This document shows, in pieces, positions 1 to 13,100 of a stretch of 64,000 nt of DNA. A program made the translations under genes and the position numbers. Below the pieces are notes generated by a model, which was not told where the DNA came from, searched no databases, and saw nothing but the letters and a program-made list of their open reading frames with translations. The DNA comes from Ostrea edulis (taxonomy: Eukaryota). The DNA lies in the NCBI RefSeq assembly GCF_947568905.1, contig NC_079172.1, forward strand, positions 60,760,001-60,824,000, given 5' to 3'. Every line of letters begins with the position of its first letter. Position 1 is the first letter of the stretch.

Positions 1-2
1 TT

Positions 3-501
3 CACAGTTGTAGAATATATATGTATATATACAAATTATACTAATACTTTTATTGTCCCTGTTGCATTCTTAAAGGATGGTGCAACATAGTGTAATCTAC
101 CATAATTTGCAGCTTCAGCATTGTCATGTTTATTTATAGATTTACAGACGCCCAACTTTGACCTATATAAAGTTGAATATTGCAAACTGGGCTTCACAAC
201 CTAACCCCAAAAATTCATAAAAATTGACTTGATACTTTTAATTTATTTACAAGATATTACGCTTGTCTAAATCTATTTCAGGTTTGTTTACTGCTGCGTC
301 CACACCAAGGAAGCCTGCATGATACTTGTATCAACAAGCAAGCCTGGCCCTAGGCATATCAGTCGAGCCAAATACCCCGAAATCAAAAACAGATCAATTA
401 CAAGCAATTTAACATTCATATAAATATAATTGTTACCAAAGTAAAACAGTAAAAATAAACGCAAATCGAGTTACCTTATAATATTCTAGAGTAAGTGACA
501 T
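3..501 (-). CDS. Putative divergent neighbour gene, partial: exon 501-475 (MSLTLEYYK) + exon from 200 (VVKPSLQYSTLYRSKLGVCKSINKHDNAEAANY...)
   Basis: ATG at 501, donor AAG|GTAACT at 474, phase-0 acceptor at 201/202, frame open from 200 to the window edge. No recognisable family. Confidence 0.3.
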
Positions 502-942
502 TTCACAAACATTGCAAACGTCCGGTTCACAAAATCTACTTTCAATTTTCAAAGAAATCCGGAAGGTTCCGAATGACATAAAAACTGGACTGATCGGTGA
601 ACCTTTGTCTATATGTTACAAGAGGCAGGGGCATATAAAGCCTATATTATTATTTTATAATTTACAATATACCTTGCGGATAGTCTATTATTTTCTGCAA
701 AAGCTGGTTACTCGTGACAGACGTCTACTTTCGCTTTCCGTTTTGAAACGGAAACGCATTTCAAGCCTGTTTTGTTACTAACGACAACAAAGCGGATTTC
801 CACTCTGACCCACGTGTTCATTGAAGCGCACTGGACGGTTTCATGGGCAAGTTTGCAATCGGAAGTTCCGATGAATAGTTTTTAGGAGTTTGCATTCAAC
901 AAACAATTATTTTAGTTGACAAATGTACACTTTTACAAAGAA

Positions 943-1102
943 ATGGAGACTATAACATTTAGAAGGCAAATGAACGGGTTAACACGCGTGGACATGGAGG
1001 AATATTTTGATGATGTCGAATTAGAAAATTTATACCAATGGATTGATAGAATTCCGTTATCGAGGCCGAAAAAGAACGTTGGAAAAGATTTTTCAGATGG
1101 AG
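943..1102 (+). CDS. SPEF1: SPEF1-A exon 1 (METITF...FSDG, phase-1 donor GTAAAT)
   Basis: In-frame TAG at 913-915, first ATG at 943, WIDRIPLSRPKKN motif. Confidence 0.9.
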
Positions 1103-4100
1103 GTAAATGAAACTGTGCATATTTAGTGAGCTTTCAATTTCGGCAAGGAATTAAATTTAATTTAAGCATGGAATCTTGCCAGGTAAATAGGTATGGACCT
1201 GGTGCAAACAGTATTTGATCCACTGCCAATGCAATGTTAGTCAATACAGATAAAAATTTATTTATTTATTATCATATCATAACAAAATACAGTTGTAATT
1301 AACTCAAAGTAATTTACAAATTATTTTAAAAATATATTATTAATGCTCATGGATTTGAATTACATAAACTGTTATCACTGGTTATAGATTATAATAATTG
1401 GTGAGGAAACTTGATATCATTAAAAAAGTAATAGTTGTAACTTCAACTCATTAATTAGGCTCCACTTCAAAATCGAATTTACTTTTCTTCATTTTTATCT
1501 ATCTATTGATATATTTTTTATTTTTGTTGACAACATTTTGTCATTTTCTTCATGAAAGTTTATCCTGTAATTTATCCATTACTTCATTAACATTTCTGAA
1601 ATGATCATTTCTTGAAAGTTACAGTTGGCTAGTTATATCATCAGGACCATTGATTTATTTCAATTCCTTTTCTGCTATATTTTGGATAATATTCAGTCAC
1701 TAATCCTAATCCCAGGAATGAATTAAGCTCTAAATCTTTGCAATTTGGCAAGGCCATTTACCAAGAAAAATCTGGTAGACTCTAACTATACACCTGAAAA
1801 GGAAAAGTCTCCTTTCAAACTTTTTGATTTTTAATATGTCTAAAGAACTGGCAGTGTATCATAATTTTTTGGCCCTTAGACATGACAGAGTGTTAGAATA
1901 AAATGATAGATATAGTGCATTTTCTGGAAGTAAGCATTCCAAGTAAAATCAGTGTACATTTCAGCATTATTTATTTAGTGAAACATTCTAAATCCAATTT
2001 TCATCGGCAGTCACTGGTTTTAAAACTACCGAGATGCATAAAACATGATAATCAATGGGACTATGTTACAGTGACTGTTAAGTAATAAAACATATAATCA
2101 ATGGGACTATGTTACAGTGACTGTTAAGTAAATAATGGAGGCACTTCTCAGTTTATGACATACTGAAAGTCATAAAAAAAATCTGTATGTAATATATTTT
2201 GGAAGTGGTTGTATCATAAGATCATCGATGAAGTTCATGGAACAATATTTTTCAAATTAATTTATTGACATACAGTGATAAATGGTAGACTTGAGAGTAG
2301 TTTAGGTGGCTTTGCCTAATCCCTATTCAATATTACATTGTTCTCCTATCACCACTCTGGGTATGGAGAAAGTTCTGTGCAAATACCGGTCCTCGATTAT
2401 CCATATTTATAATTAGGTTTGGAAGTCGACAAACTGTGATCAATATATATTAGAGTAATGCACTGGATTTAAAAAAGTTCAGGTGTAGACCAAGGTTTTT
2501 CAATGAAATTTAGTTAATGAAGCTATATGTTTATGTATAATATGGTGAAACAAAATTGTTAATAAATTGGGAGTTATGATAAAGTTTGTTGAATTTCTGT
2601 TCCTAGACTTATCTCTCAGAGAGTTCAATCTGCCTCTAGATTGTTTGATTGGTGATTGATCACTTTTACTGCTTGGTTATCTCCCTTGGTCTCTAACAAC
2701 TCCCATTAGTTATCCTATGCTTTTGTATGATACTGTAGTTTTTATGAATTTTAGACCAAAGACGCTTAACATCTATAGCAGTTATTATCAAAAATTTGCA
2801 TTGTTCAGCTTGAGGCAAGGTAAATTACAGAATTTACCAGATGACCTCTATTTATTTATGTAACAAATTACCAGGAGCTTAATAAAATCCCAACATTGAA
2901 CAAAACCAGAATTCAATGTTGATAATCTGTAAAACAATTTTAAAGAATATGATTATTTCAGAAAATTCTCATGTTGAATAATTTTCAATGTTGATGTCCT
3001 TAATCTATGGTATTGTGATGTTAAAATATCCATGAATGAAAACTGGGGGTTGGGGTGGGGGGGTGGTTGGGGAAGGGATGGTAATAATGGTAATAATTAT
3101 AGATATATTAATGATACATCACTTACTTAACCTCACAAGAATCAGTTATCTCCCTTGCATAGTTTGGGAGTAAACTATCTTTATAGAGTCAAATTCTAAC
3201 TACTTGTCCAAGGCATCGAGGCAGAGGATGTCGCGACAAAGAGAAATGACTACGAGTCACCTCCTGAATTAAAAATGATTATGTGTAATATTACAAGAAA
3301 ACGCCATGACTTAGCGTAGGACTGCAGTCAATGGTTTAACTAACTACCCCGGTACCCGTAAACCTTGTTACAGCTACAGGTTCTACACCTTGATTCCTAA
3401 TTCCATCTAACTCCTCTCTTGGAATCTTAGAGAAACTTTAATTATAATTAGATAAAACTGAGGAGAAATCTAATTATCATTAAAACTGTAGAGAAATTTT
3501 ATGGTCTTTTTGCATTCATAAGTTGTTCATGTTTCTATAGGATTTCCGTATTAAAGGTTACATGAAATATTATGAAATGTGTAATTATTCAACAATGTAT
3601 ACTTTGAGGACCTTGGAATGGTGGAACCTCCCCCTCCCCTCCCTCTCTCTCTCCTGTCTTTGGAATGGTGGACCCCCCTCCCTCCTGTATATTCTGATGT
3701 GTTTCCATGTAACCACTTAAACTTTCCACACATGTAGGATCCCCATAACCCCTCATACCTCTTTAACACTAAAGATATGTGCATGTACACCAGTTTTTCC
3801 CTTCTGATCTAAAGACAGTTTTCCTAGTCAAGAGTTTTTGATCCACCCTGCTCCACATTTGAATTATATGTAGCCGAGCAGATCAGAAACCCATGACTTG
3901 AGAAAATGTCTACAGACATAATATTGTTTAAGGGATGACGCCGGGATATATCCAATAAACTAAATTGTTTTCTATTTATGGTTGGCCTATAGATATGCGC
4001 TTAAAGTTAAATATTAATATTCATGAATGGCATTTACGACATGGTAGTTACTGCGTTGCATATCTATAAAGTTGAGTTGAAATTCATGGGAATTCTTTTA

Positions 4101-7100
4101 TTAATAAGCTGTTATGGGGGGTTGGGGGGGGGGGGGGGGGGGTTAAGCCAAAAAATTAGAATTGAACATTTTCACTTAGAAAATCAGTGAAAAGTTGCCC
4201 AAGTTAGATTATGTTGCCTTCTCGTGCCCACTTTTTCTGCTTCCTGTACACTTAAATGATGAACTCTTTTTACAAAGTTTTTGGGTTGTGATTTCCCAAG
4301 TCAAGTAATTAATAGCAGTGTGTTTCACAATTGGCATTAAAGTATCAAGTTTTTCTTATCTCATTTCAAATATTTATCTTCAAGGTTTCAAGTTTCCCAG
4401 TCTTTTTTTCACTCTCCTTCCAGTCATGATATACAGAAGGCCAAATTCTCCTGATACACCACAGACAGTATTGAAAGGAAAATATTTGAACAGGTCATAT
4501 TTGCATTTCAGACCTAGTCATCAAACCTGCACTACCTAATTTCACTTAGATTGCCTACAGTTTAAATAGAGGCCTTCCCACATTAAGCACTTGTCTTTTA
4601 GACCCAGGGAAGTATTTGGTAGAAAAGTTGTTCTGTAAACAGAGAGTTAAATGTCTTAGTTACAATGTTTGAGATAATGAGACAGCCTAATTGTTTGAAT
4701 TTCTGATTATGTCTATAAAGTTTGGAATACTTAGTTGTTAAGGACACATGAATGCAAGTCAACGAGACCCTGAGACTGGGCTTGTTCCCGTAAAACAGCA
4801 CAGTATGTTATATATAAAATTATAAGCATCGATTCGACATCACCCGACACATCATTCCTCAGTTTGAGAAAGATACAACACGATTTATATTGTTGATTCA
4901 AAGATCAGGATATAGAGCTTGTGGCAGGTTTGACTGGTCAACAGGGGATGCTTACTCCTAGGCACCAGACCCCACCTTTGGTGTTTCCAGGGGTCCGTGT
5001 TTGCCCAACTATCTATTTTGCATTCTTTATAGGAGTTATGAGATTGATCACTGAACATTATCTTCACTTGTTCTGCCAATGTAAACTGTCTGTAAATCTG
5101 TAGCTCTCTGGAAAAATACTGAGTCAGAGCAAAAATAGTTTCCTCAGAGAGCTGCAGTTCTTCTGAATCAGCTAAACCTTAACCCAAAGTGAATAATGGC
5201 TAAGGTTTAGGAGAATGGCAGTGATTATCATGCCCAAGGCCACTGAACCAATCTATACAGTGTTATACATCAGTTTCTAAACTCAGGATTTTCTTTAAAA
5301 TTTGTCCACGGAAAATGTAACTAAATTTCTATCACACAAAACAATTAACAAAAAAGGGGCTTTTTATTTGTGGACGTATGTTGGTAAAAATCCTCCCAGT
5401 ATGAAAGCTGTACTTGATAGTACATGCTTTGTGAAGATCTTCTTTTCTCAGACGGGTCATCTGATTATGAACGATAATGAAATGTCATTTTAATCAATAA
5501 AACATGATAATGAGGCTATTGATTGAAACATTTTCATCAAAGCAGTAGCAGAAACTGGTAGAATATTAATCAATAGTGTTTAGTCCAAGTGTCATTGTTC
5601 TTATCAGTGGAAGCAGTTTTTTGTCCTGCAGGCTTCCCTACTTTTCAACATGTTCTTTTTTCCAAACACCAAACATACCTTCAAAAGTTATATATATTAA
5701 AAATGTAATGAATGGGTTTTTTGGGGGGTTGGGGATTGAAAATACTGAATTAAAAAAACTCAATCCTTTAATTAATAGAGTAAATTTACAGCACTTGATG
5801 AAATTAAGTCATATTTCATCTAAGTAAGATCATAATATTTCATAATCTGGGACCCCTGTAATTCCATGCATCTGCCTCCTCCCCCCTCTGAAACATCTTT
5901 GCCTCTTGCCCTTTTAGACAACCAAGCTGTTCCTAGGCAAAGTCCCGTGGGGATCCGGGTTAGAATAGATCCTCAGTACCCCTTGCTTGTTGTAAGAGGT
6001 GACTAAATGGGGCGGTCCTTTGGATGAGACTGCAAAAACCGAGGTCCCATGTCACAGCAGGTGTGGCACGGTAAAGATCCTTCCCTGCTCAAAGGCCGTA
6101 AGCGCCGAGCATAGGCCGAAATTTTGCAGCCCTTCACCGGCAATAGTGACATCTCCATATGAGTGAAAAATTCTCAAGTGGGGCATTAAACAATATACAA
6201 TCAATCAATCAATCCCTAGGCAAGTATTTCACCTGTCAATTCTAGAAGCAGGTCACAAAAGGTATGAACCTACAAGCCTTGAAACTCCAGTTAATTATAT
6301 GGACTTGAAAGCATTAATGCACGTACCGTCTGGCAGTGTAGATATCTGCAGTAGCAGCAGTACATGTATGTAGCTCTATAATTTGAACAATCACATCACA
6401 ACATAGCACTCTAAAGTGGGGCATTTTTTTATGCTATTAAAACATGGTGTTTTTTTTCACAATTATAAAGGACTTATTTTGATGCTAGCTAATGAAAAGA
6501 TTAGAATACATGTACTTAAATGAAGTTGTTGCAAATATTTCCTTTCCTGTATAAATTGATAGGAGCGATCTCAAAAATAAAGTTTCACAAAAATGTCTTG
6601 ATCTACAAGTTGCATGCAGGCTACGCAAATGATTATTTTCTTTCCTGTATAGATTAGCAGGGGTGATATCACACATGGATTTTTATGAAAGTGTTCCAAT
6701 CTGTAAATTGCAGTCTTTAGATATAATGGTAAGAATGAACTCGAGAAAGCATTTCATTCTTTGTACCTGTATTTACTTTCTCTTTCAGTGCTGATAGCAG
6801 AAATCATCAACCATTACTTCCCTAAATTAGTGGAGCTCCATAATTACTCACCTGCTGCTGCCACGAAACAGAAGATGGAGAACTGGTACCTGCTCAATAG
6901 GTAAATGTGGCTGGCTTGGATTTTAATCCTGCTCTCAACAGTTTAAGAACATGGGATTGACAAGTACTGTAAATAAACTTTTATTCATTTGTGGGAAAAT
7001 TTCACAAGAACCTCATCATCGCGAATATTTCTCGCCGCAAATCAGTCCTTTAATGTCCCTCATATGTTTATGATTATGTTGGTCATGAAAATTAGTCGCC

Positions 7101-10100
7101 ATGGACCTAGTGAGTTCATCACTGGTAAACTGTGAAATAAAGTTGTCGCAAATAAAAGTTGGTTTTACAGTAGTCACCTATTTATGAATGTGAGTGTTTT
7201 AGTTGGATCACCATTCTATTTGCAAGATGGAAGTCACAATTTTTTAACACGCTTGCAGGAATGCTATCTTGCATAATGGTCTAACTTCATAGAAATTTCA
7301 AGGTCATTGGGCAGAAAAATTCTGAAATGTGTACAAAATTCAAGCAACACATATTCCTTAACCAATCGTTATCAAACTGATGTCCCTAAGATATGAAATG
7401 CTGTTCACAAGATATTGAGTATATTTTGAATCTGATTTTACTTGTTGATGCTGTCTTATCATTCTTTTGCAAAAATCTTGGTTTTCATTTGAATTTTAGA
7501 ATTTGATATCAGAGTCAAGGTCACCAGAGTGAAATTGCAGAATTCTTGAATGTTTTTGTCTATAACTGATGATTGCAAATGATGATGCTTTCTTGGACCA
7601 GTTTTCTTCTGAAAGAACCAGGGTCCCTATTGACTGTCAAGGTCAAATGACAAGGTCCTAATGATTGAAAGTAAAATCTGAATTTCCGGCCACCAGTGTG
7701 ACACAAGAATTAAGCCATGTTCTTTTCTGGTTTTTATCATGCTGCTACATATAAAGGATAGGGATGCTGCATTGCATGAAGATCTGAGTTCCTTTTTATT
7801 TGTGAATTCAAATATGAAAGGTCAAGGTTACAGGTGATAAAATTCTAAATGTTCACAATCCAATTATAGATGACCCATTTCCTGGAGCCCAGATTGAGGA
7901 AAGGCAGTAATTGTGAAGAAAGTGTTATTTTCATAAATTGTTCAATAAATCTGATTAAATCCTTTTATACATGTACCGGTATCTAAAATTATCCTGCAAC
8001 ACATGTTGTCTTGGACATTTTAGCAAGCAGAATATTTCTATTTGTAATGACAGTATTTAAGCAGTGAAGAACAAACATCCTCCCAGGCAGCTGACAGCTA
8101 TGTAACATGTTGCGTCTTTTGGATTTGGATGTTTTAATGATACACCATCACATAGATACAGTGGAATGGCATCAGAGGGAATTAAGAAATGTGACATTAA
8201 TTTTTTTGTAGGCGAGTGTTACGGAAGCTTGATCTTGACCTGTCTGATGAAGTCATTCGAGCTCTGGCAAACTGCAAGCCTAAGGTGGTCGAGAAGGTTC
8301 TGATGCTCCTCCGTCTGCAAATCGACAGGAACCTACAGAGACAAGGTAGGAGCCGATTGGAGATTGATGCCGGCTTCGCCCAGAGTATGGAACAGAGTAA
8401 AGAACAAAAAAAATCACATTCTGCCCCTGCTGATGAAAACAGTCGTAAGTCTTGTGTATCCATGTGTGCTTCCTGTCCTGGCACTTGTACACAGGCATCA
8501 GGTGAAAAGGTCAAATCCTCTGCCGATCTCTCCATTTTCGAAGAAAATCATAATAAAAAAAGTTACCTTTAATGATAGGGTTTGCAAACAGGAAATCAAT
8601 AACAAAAAAGTTTATGATCATAGTAAAGTTTACTGTATCTAGAAGTATTAAACTTCACAATTTTAGTACTACTTCTAGTAGTTAACATCCATAAATGTTT
8701 TTGTGAGGATGACCCTGATGTCTGCTGGCATATCCTCTCACTGTGGGCCTTCACTTTCACATTCTCTGTTGTCTGTTTATATACCAGAGCTTGGTCTTTT
8801 CACTGCATCTCACTCCACTTGCGAGGAAATAGTTCCTGGACCCGTCTCCTTTACATTGAGGGATTTGGTGTAGAGGACCAAGGCTTGATCTCTGTTTCTG
8901 ATATACATGTAATTTTCAAATTTACAACTGAACTCTTTTTTTAACAATTTCATATTAAACAGGGACTTTTTCTTATCTTTATTTGTTCTTTCATCTTATA
9001 CATGTAATTTTTGTGCACGAAAGTAATCATTTTGTATACCAGAAAATAGACAATTACAATGTAATTATATTTAGAATCTACTAATTGAGGAATTATCATC
9101 AACTTGGATTATATAATATGTATAATACATCTAAAAATTTACGTAATCTGAGACCTGACAAGGAAAATATATGGCTGAAACTCTGACAGGAGTGGACCTG
9201 CACACGCCATTTATTTATAACTCTGACAGGGGTGGACCTGCACATGCTATTTATTTATAACTCTGACAGGGGTGGACCTGCACACACCATTTATTTATAA
9301 CTCTGACAGGGGTGGACGTGCACACACCATTTATTTATAACTCTGACAGGGGTGGACCTGCACACGCTATTTATTTATAACTCTGACAGGGGTGGACCTG
9401 CACACACCATTTATTTATAACTCTGACAGGGGTGGACGTGCACACACCATTTATTTATAACTCTGACAGGGGTGGACCTGCACTCGCTATTTATTTATAA
9501 CTCTGACAGGGGTGGACGTGCACACACCATTTATTTATAACTCTGACAGGGGTGGACGTGCACACACCATTTATTTATTACTCTGACAGGGGTGGACCTG
9601 CACACGCTATTTATTTATAACTCTGACAGGGGTGGACCTGCACACACCATTTATTTATAACTCTGACAGGGGTGGACGTGCACACACCATTTATTTATAA
9701 CTCTGACAGGGGTGGACCTGCACACGCTATTTATTTATAACTCTGACAGGGGTGGACCTGCACACGCTATTTATTTATAACTCTGACAGGGGTGGACCTG
9801 CACACGCCATTTATTTATAGTGGTGTTGTTACTAAAACTTCGGAGATTTTCAGAAATAATCACCATTAGAATGACCAAGTAAAGTCTTTTTTGTTGACCC
9901 TTCATATTCAGGCTTCATTAGATTGGCACAACTTTATGGTAAACTGATTTACAGTGTATAAAACTGGACTATTGATTGATTGATTGATTGAATATTGTTT
10001 AGCGTCCCTCTCGAGAATATTTCACTTATATGGAGACGTCACCACTGCCGGTGAAGGGCTGCAAAATTTAGGCCTATGCTCAGCGCTTATGGCCTTTGAG

Positions 10101-13100
10101 CAGGGAGGGATCTTTATTGTGCCACACCTGCTGTGACTCGGGGCCTCAGTTTTTGCAGTCTCATCTGAAGGACTGCTCCATTTAGTCACCTCTTACAACA
10201 AGCAAGGGGGTACTGAGGACCTATTCTAACCCGGATCCCCACAGGAGATATTGATGAATGCAAATAAAAAAAAAAAAAACCCACATTTTATACAATGTGA
10301 TACAGACGACTTTTATTTATATGAGGAAACTTTATTCATATGATTCTCGTGAAAGTGCATTAAATTCACACACAGTACTACGCCGTTAAAAAAATGAATT
10401 TTACAACTGGAATGAAATTATTGAAGCTATTGTGTGTTTTTACTATAACGTGAGCAAAAGCAAAATGATGTTAATAATGATTAATTATAGGAATGACAAA
10501 TTAAGAGAAGATCACTGTAGGTGGTATGATGCAGAGCAGGGAGTGTAAAAATATTCCATTACTTAAATCGGTGATTATAGCGGGTTAAATTTCTGAAGTA
10601 TCGTTCGTGTGAATAATGTTGTAGCCGGATAATTCCTCCATTATTTGACAAGATGTGTTAGAGAGAATAGATTTTACCGATAACAGACTATTACGAAAAA
10701 TAAATAAGATTTTTTTAAAAAAAAAAGGAAGATCCTGTTTGAACCCATTACTGTAGATCAATGGGTTTAGTTATTAGTGATATTGAGTTCATCAGAGCTT
10801 GGGATATAAATGAAGGATTTTAATGTTGAATCAGGATTTAATGTCGCTGGAGGATTTTGTAAGTGTTGCCATTGATTATGATTTTTTTTTAAAAAAAGAG
10901 GTATATTGATTTAGATTCTGAAATACATAATGCAGATGTACTCTCTCGTATACATAATCTTACACTTTCTCCATTGTGTATTTTTAAATCTACAACTTTT
11001 TTGTTTGAAAAAAGATTTTTTGAAAGAACATGAAAAAGACATTTTTGCCAAATTTAACGATTTTGAAAACATTTCTGTGGAGTTTTCTAAAAAGTGTGGA
11101 TTAATTATTAGTTATTAGACATGGAAGAAAAATTAGATATAAAATTCCACAACCCCCTTTTTATCAAGTGACCTTAACCTTTATGTAAATGACCTTGAAC
11201 ATCAAAAGACCGTGTATCTCATTTAACCAAATATATGAAGTTTCCTTATAAAAGTCATGTTATACAGCATATCTGTAAGTTTTTGGTCATTTAATGATGG
11301 CTAAGAGGGACACGTCTTAACAAAGCAAATAAAGATGTTTAGAAATTATCTAATTTTGATACTACTATATTGAAATGCAGGAATATATATGATTTGATTC
11401 CATAAAAATTTAATGAATCATTATAACATACAGAAAAATATGAAATAAGATTTCTTAAAGTACACCTTAAATTGTTCACTTCCTATCTTCAATTCAAAAC
11501 CTTTCGTGATACATCAGTGACCTTGTTAGGACAATTTTATAAGGCTGATTACAAGGAAGAGAAGAACAGTGAAGTAAATGTATCAGTTTCACAGTAGTTT
11601 GGTGAGATTAAGCTCATTTAATACCGGCAGCTAGCTTCTACAGTATGTAAAGGATTAATATGAATTATTTGGAGAGATTATTTTAATCCTGGAATGGAAA
11701 TACAATAAGTGTAAGTAGGCAAAGCAATGGACTTTAAAGTGTGGGTAGATTAATAGTGTAAGACCCAGGACAATCCACGGAAAATAGTTAAATATAGTCT
11801 CACTGCTTAGGGGCTTTTGATGTAAATTCTTCATCTTCAATCAAGTGTTATTTCATGTTTACCCAAAGAATATAAATGTCAAATGATTGGTACATACTCT
11901 CTAACGTGTAAGGAGATCTTCACTATATAAATGTCAAATGATTGGTACATACTCTCTAACTTTATTAGTAAGGAGATCTTCACTATATAAATGTCAAATG
12001 ATTGATACATACTCTCTAACGTGTAAGGAGATCTTCACTATATAAATTTCCCATGATTACTAGTAATTGTGATACCTATTCAAAAGTCCTATTCAAGTTG
12101 ATATTGGATAATGGCTAAATTTCACAAAGCTAATTTAAGTTAACTTAAATCTTTAAACTTTACACAAGTGATAGGAGTATAGTCATGATTTGAGTATAGG
12201 TACAGAAGAAATCATTATTACATTAAAAAAAATCTTGTGACTCCCACTGTCACTCAGGTGAGCAGAATGTCCCATGGTTGTGACTCCCACTGTCACTCAG
12301 GTGAGCAGAATGTCCCATGGTTGTGACTCCCACTGTCTCTCAGGTGAGCAGAATGTCCCATGGTTGTCACTCCCACTGTCACTCAGGTGAGCAGAATGTC
12401 CCATGGTTGTCACTCCCACTGTCTCTCAGGTGAGCAGAATGACTCATGGGTCTCTAGGTATTTTGTGTATCTCTTGACCTTAACTTGTTACTGATGGTCA
12501 GTTTGCCATTTAATTTATTTAATCCTGCTAAGATTTGCTGCTCTATCAAGGGTAACATTGTGCAGATTAACAGGCCATCGTCATTCATGGCTTTTTGACA
12601 ATGGCAGTAAGCGTGGATAAGTTGGGACTGTTTTTCTGATTGGAAACCAATGCTAACAATGGAGGCTATGTTTCCAATGACATGTAGCAGGAATGCTTTT
12701 GGTTTTACGATACTGTGAATTTTTTCAGACCAATTAACTTCAAAATTCCTTTCATATCCGTGACACTAGTAATTTGGAACTTTTCAAATTTTCATTTGAT
12801 GGATTTAAAATACATATAATTGGAAAATAACTATGGATTACAGTGAAAGATTTAAGAGATATTCACGGACTGACTCGAAAGATAGTCGTAGTAAACTTAG
12901 GTCCAAAGAAAGTCGCAATGGGTCTTTAACTATGAAACCCAGCTCTAACGAGAGTAACGACGAAGCTGTAATTTACGGAGGTCAAACCTCGCGCAGGGTG
13001 AGCGGGGAGTTGAAAGGAAGACTAAGAGAATATAATAAAAAAGAGAGTGGAGAAGTGAACGGCAGACAGAGGGGCAGTAGTGAATTCAATCGTAAAAGTG

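Noticed and set aside
3045-3080. G-quadruplex-prone G tracts (also 4115-4142 and 61960-62010)
   Set aside because: Common low-complexity runs with no positional logic
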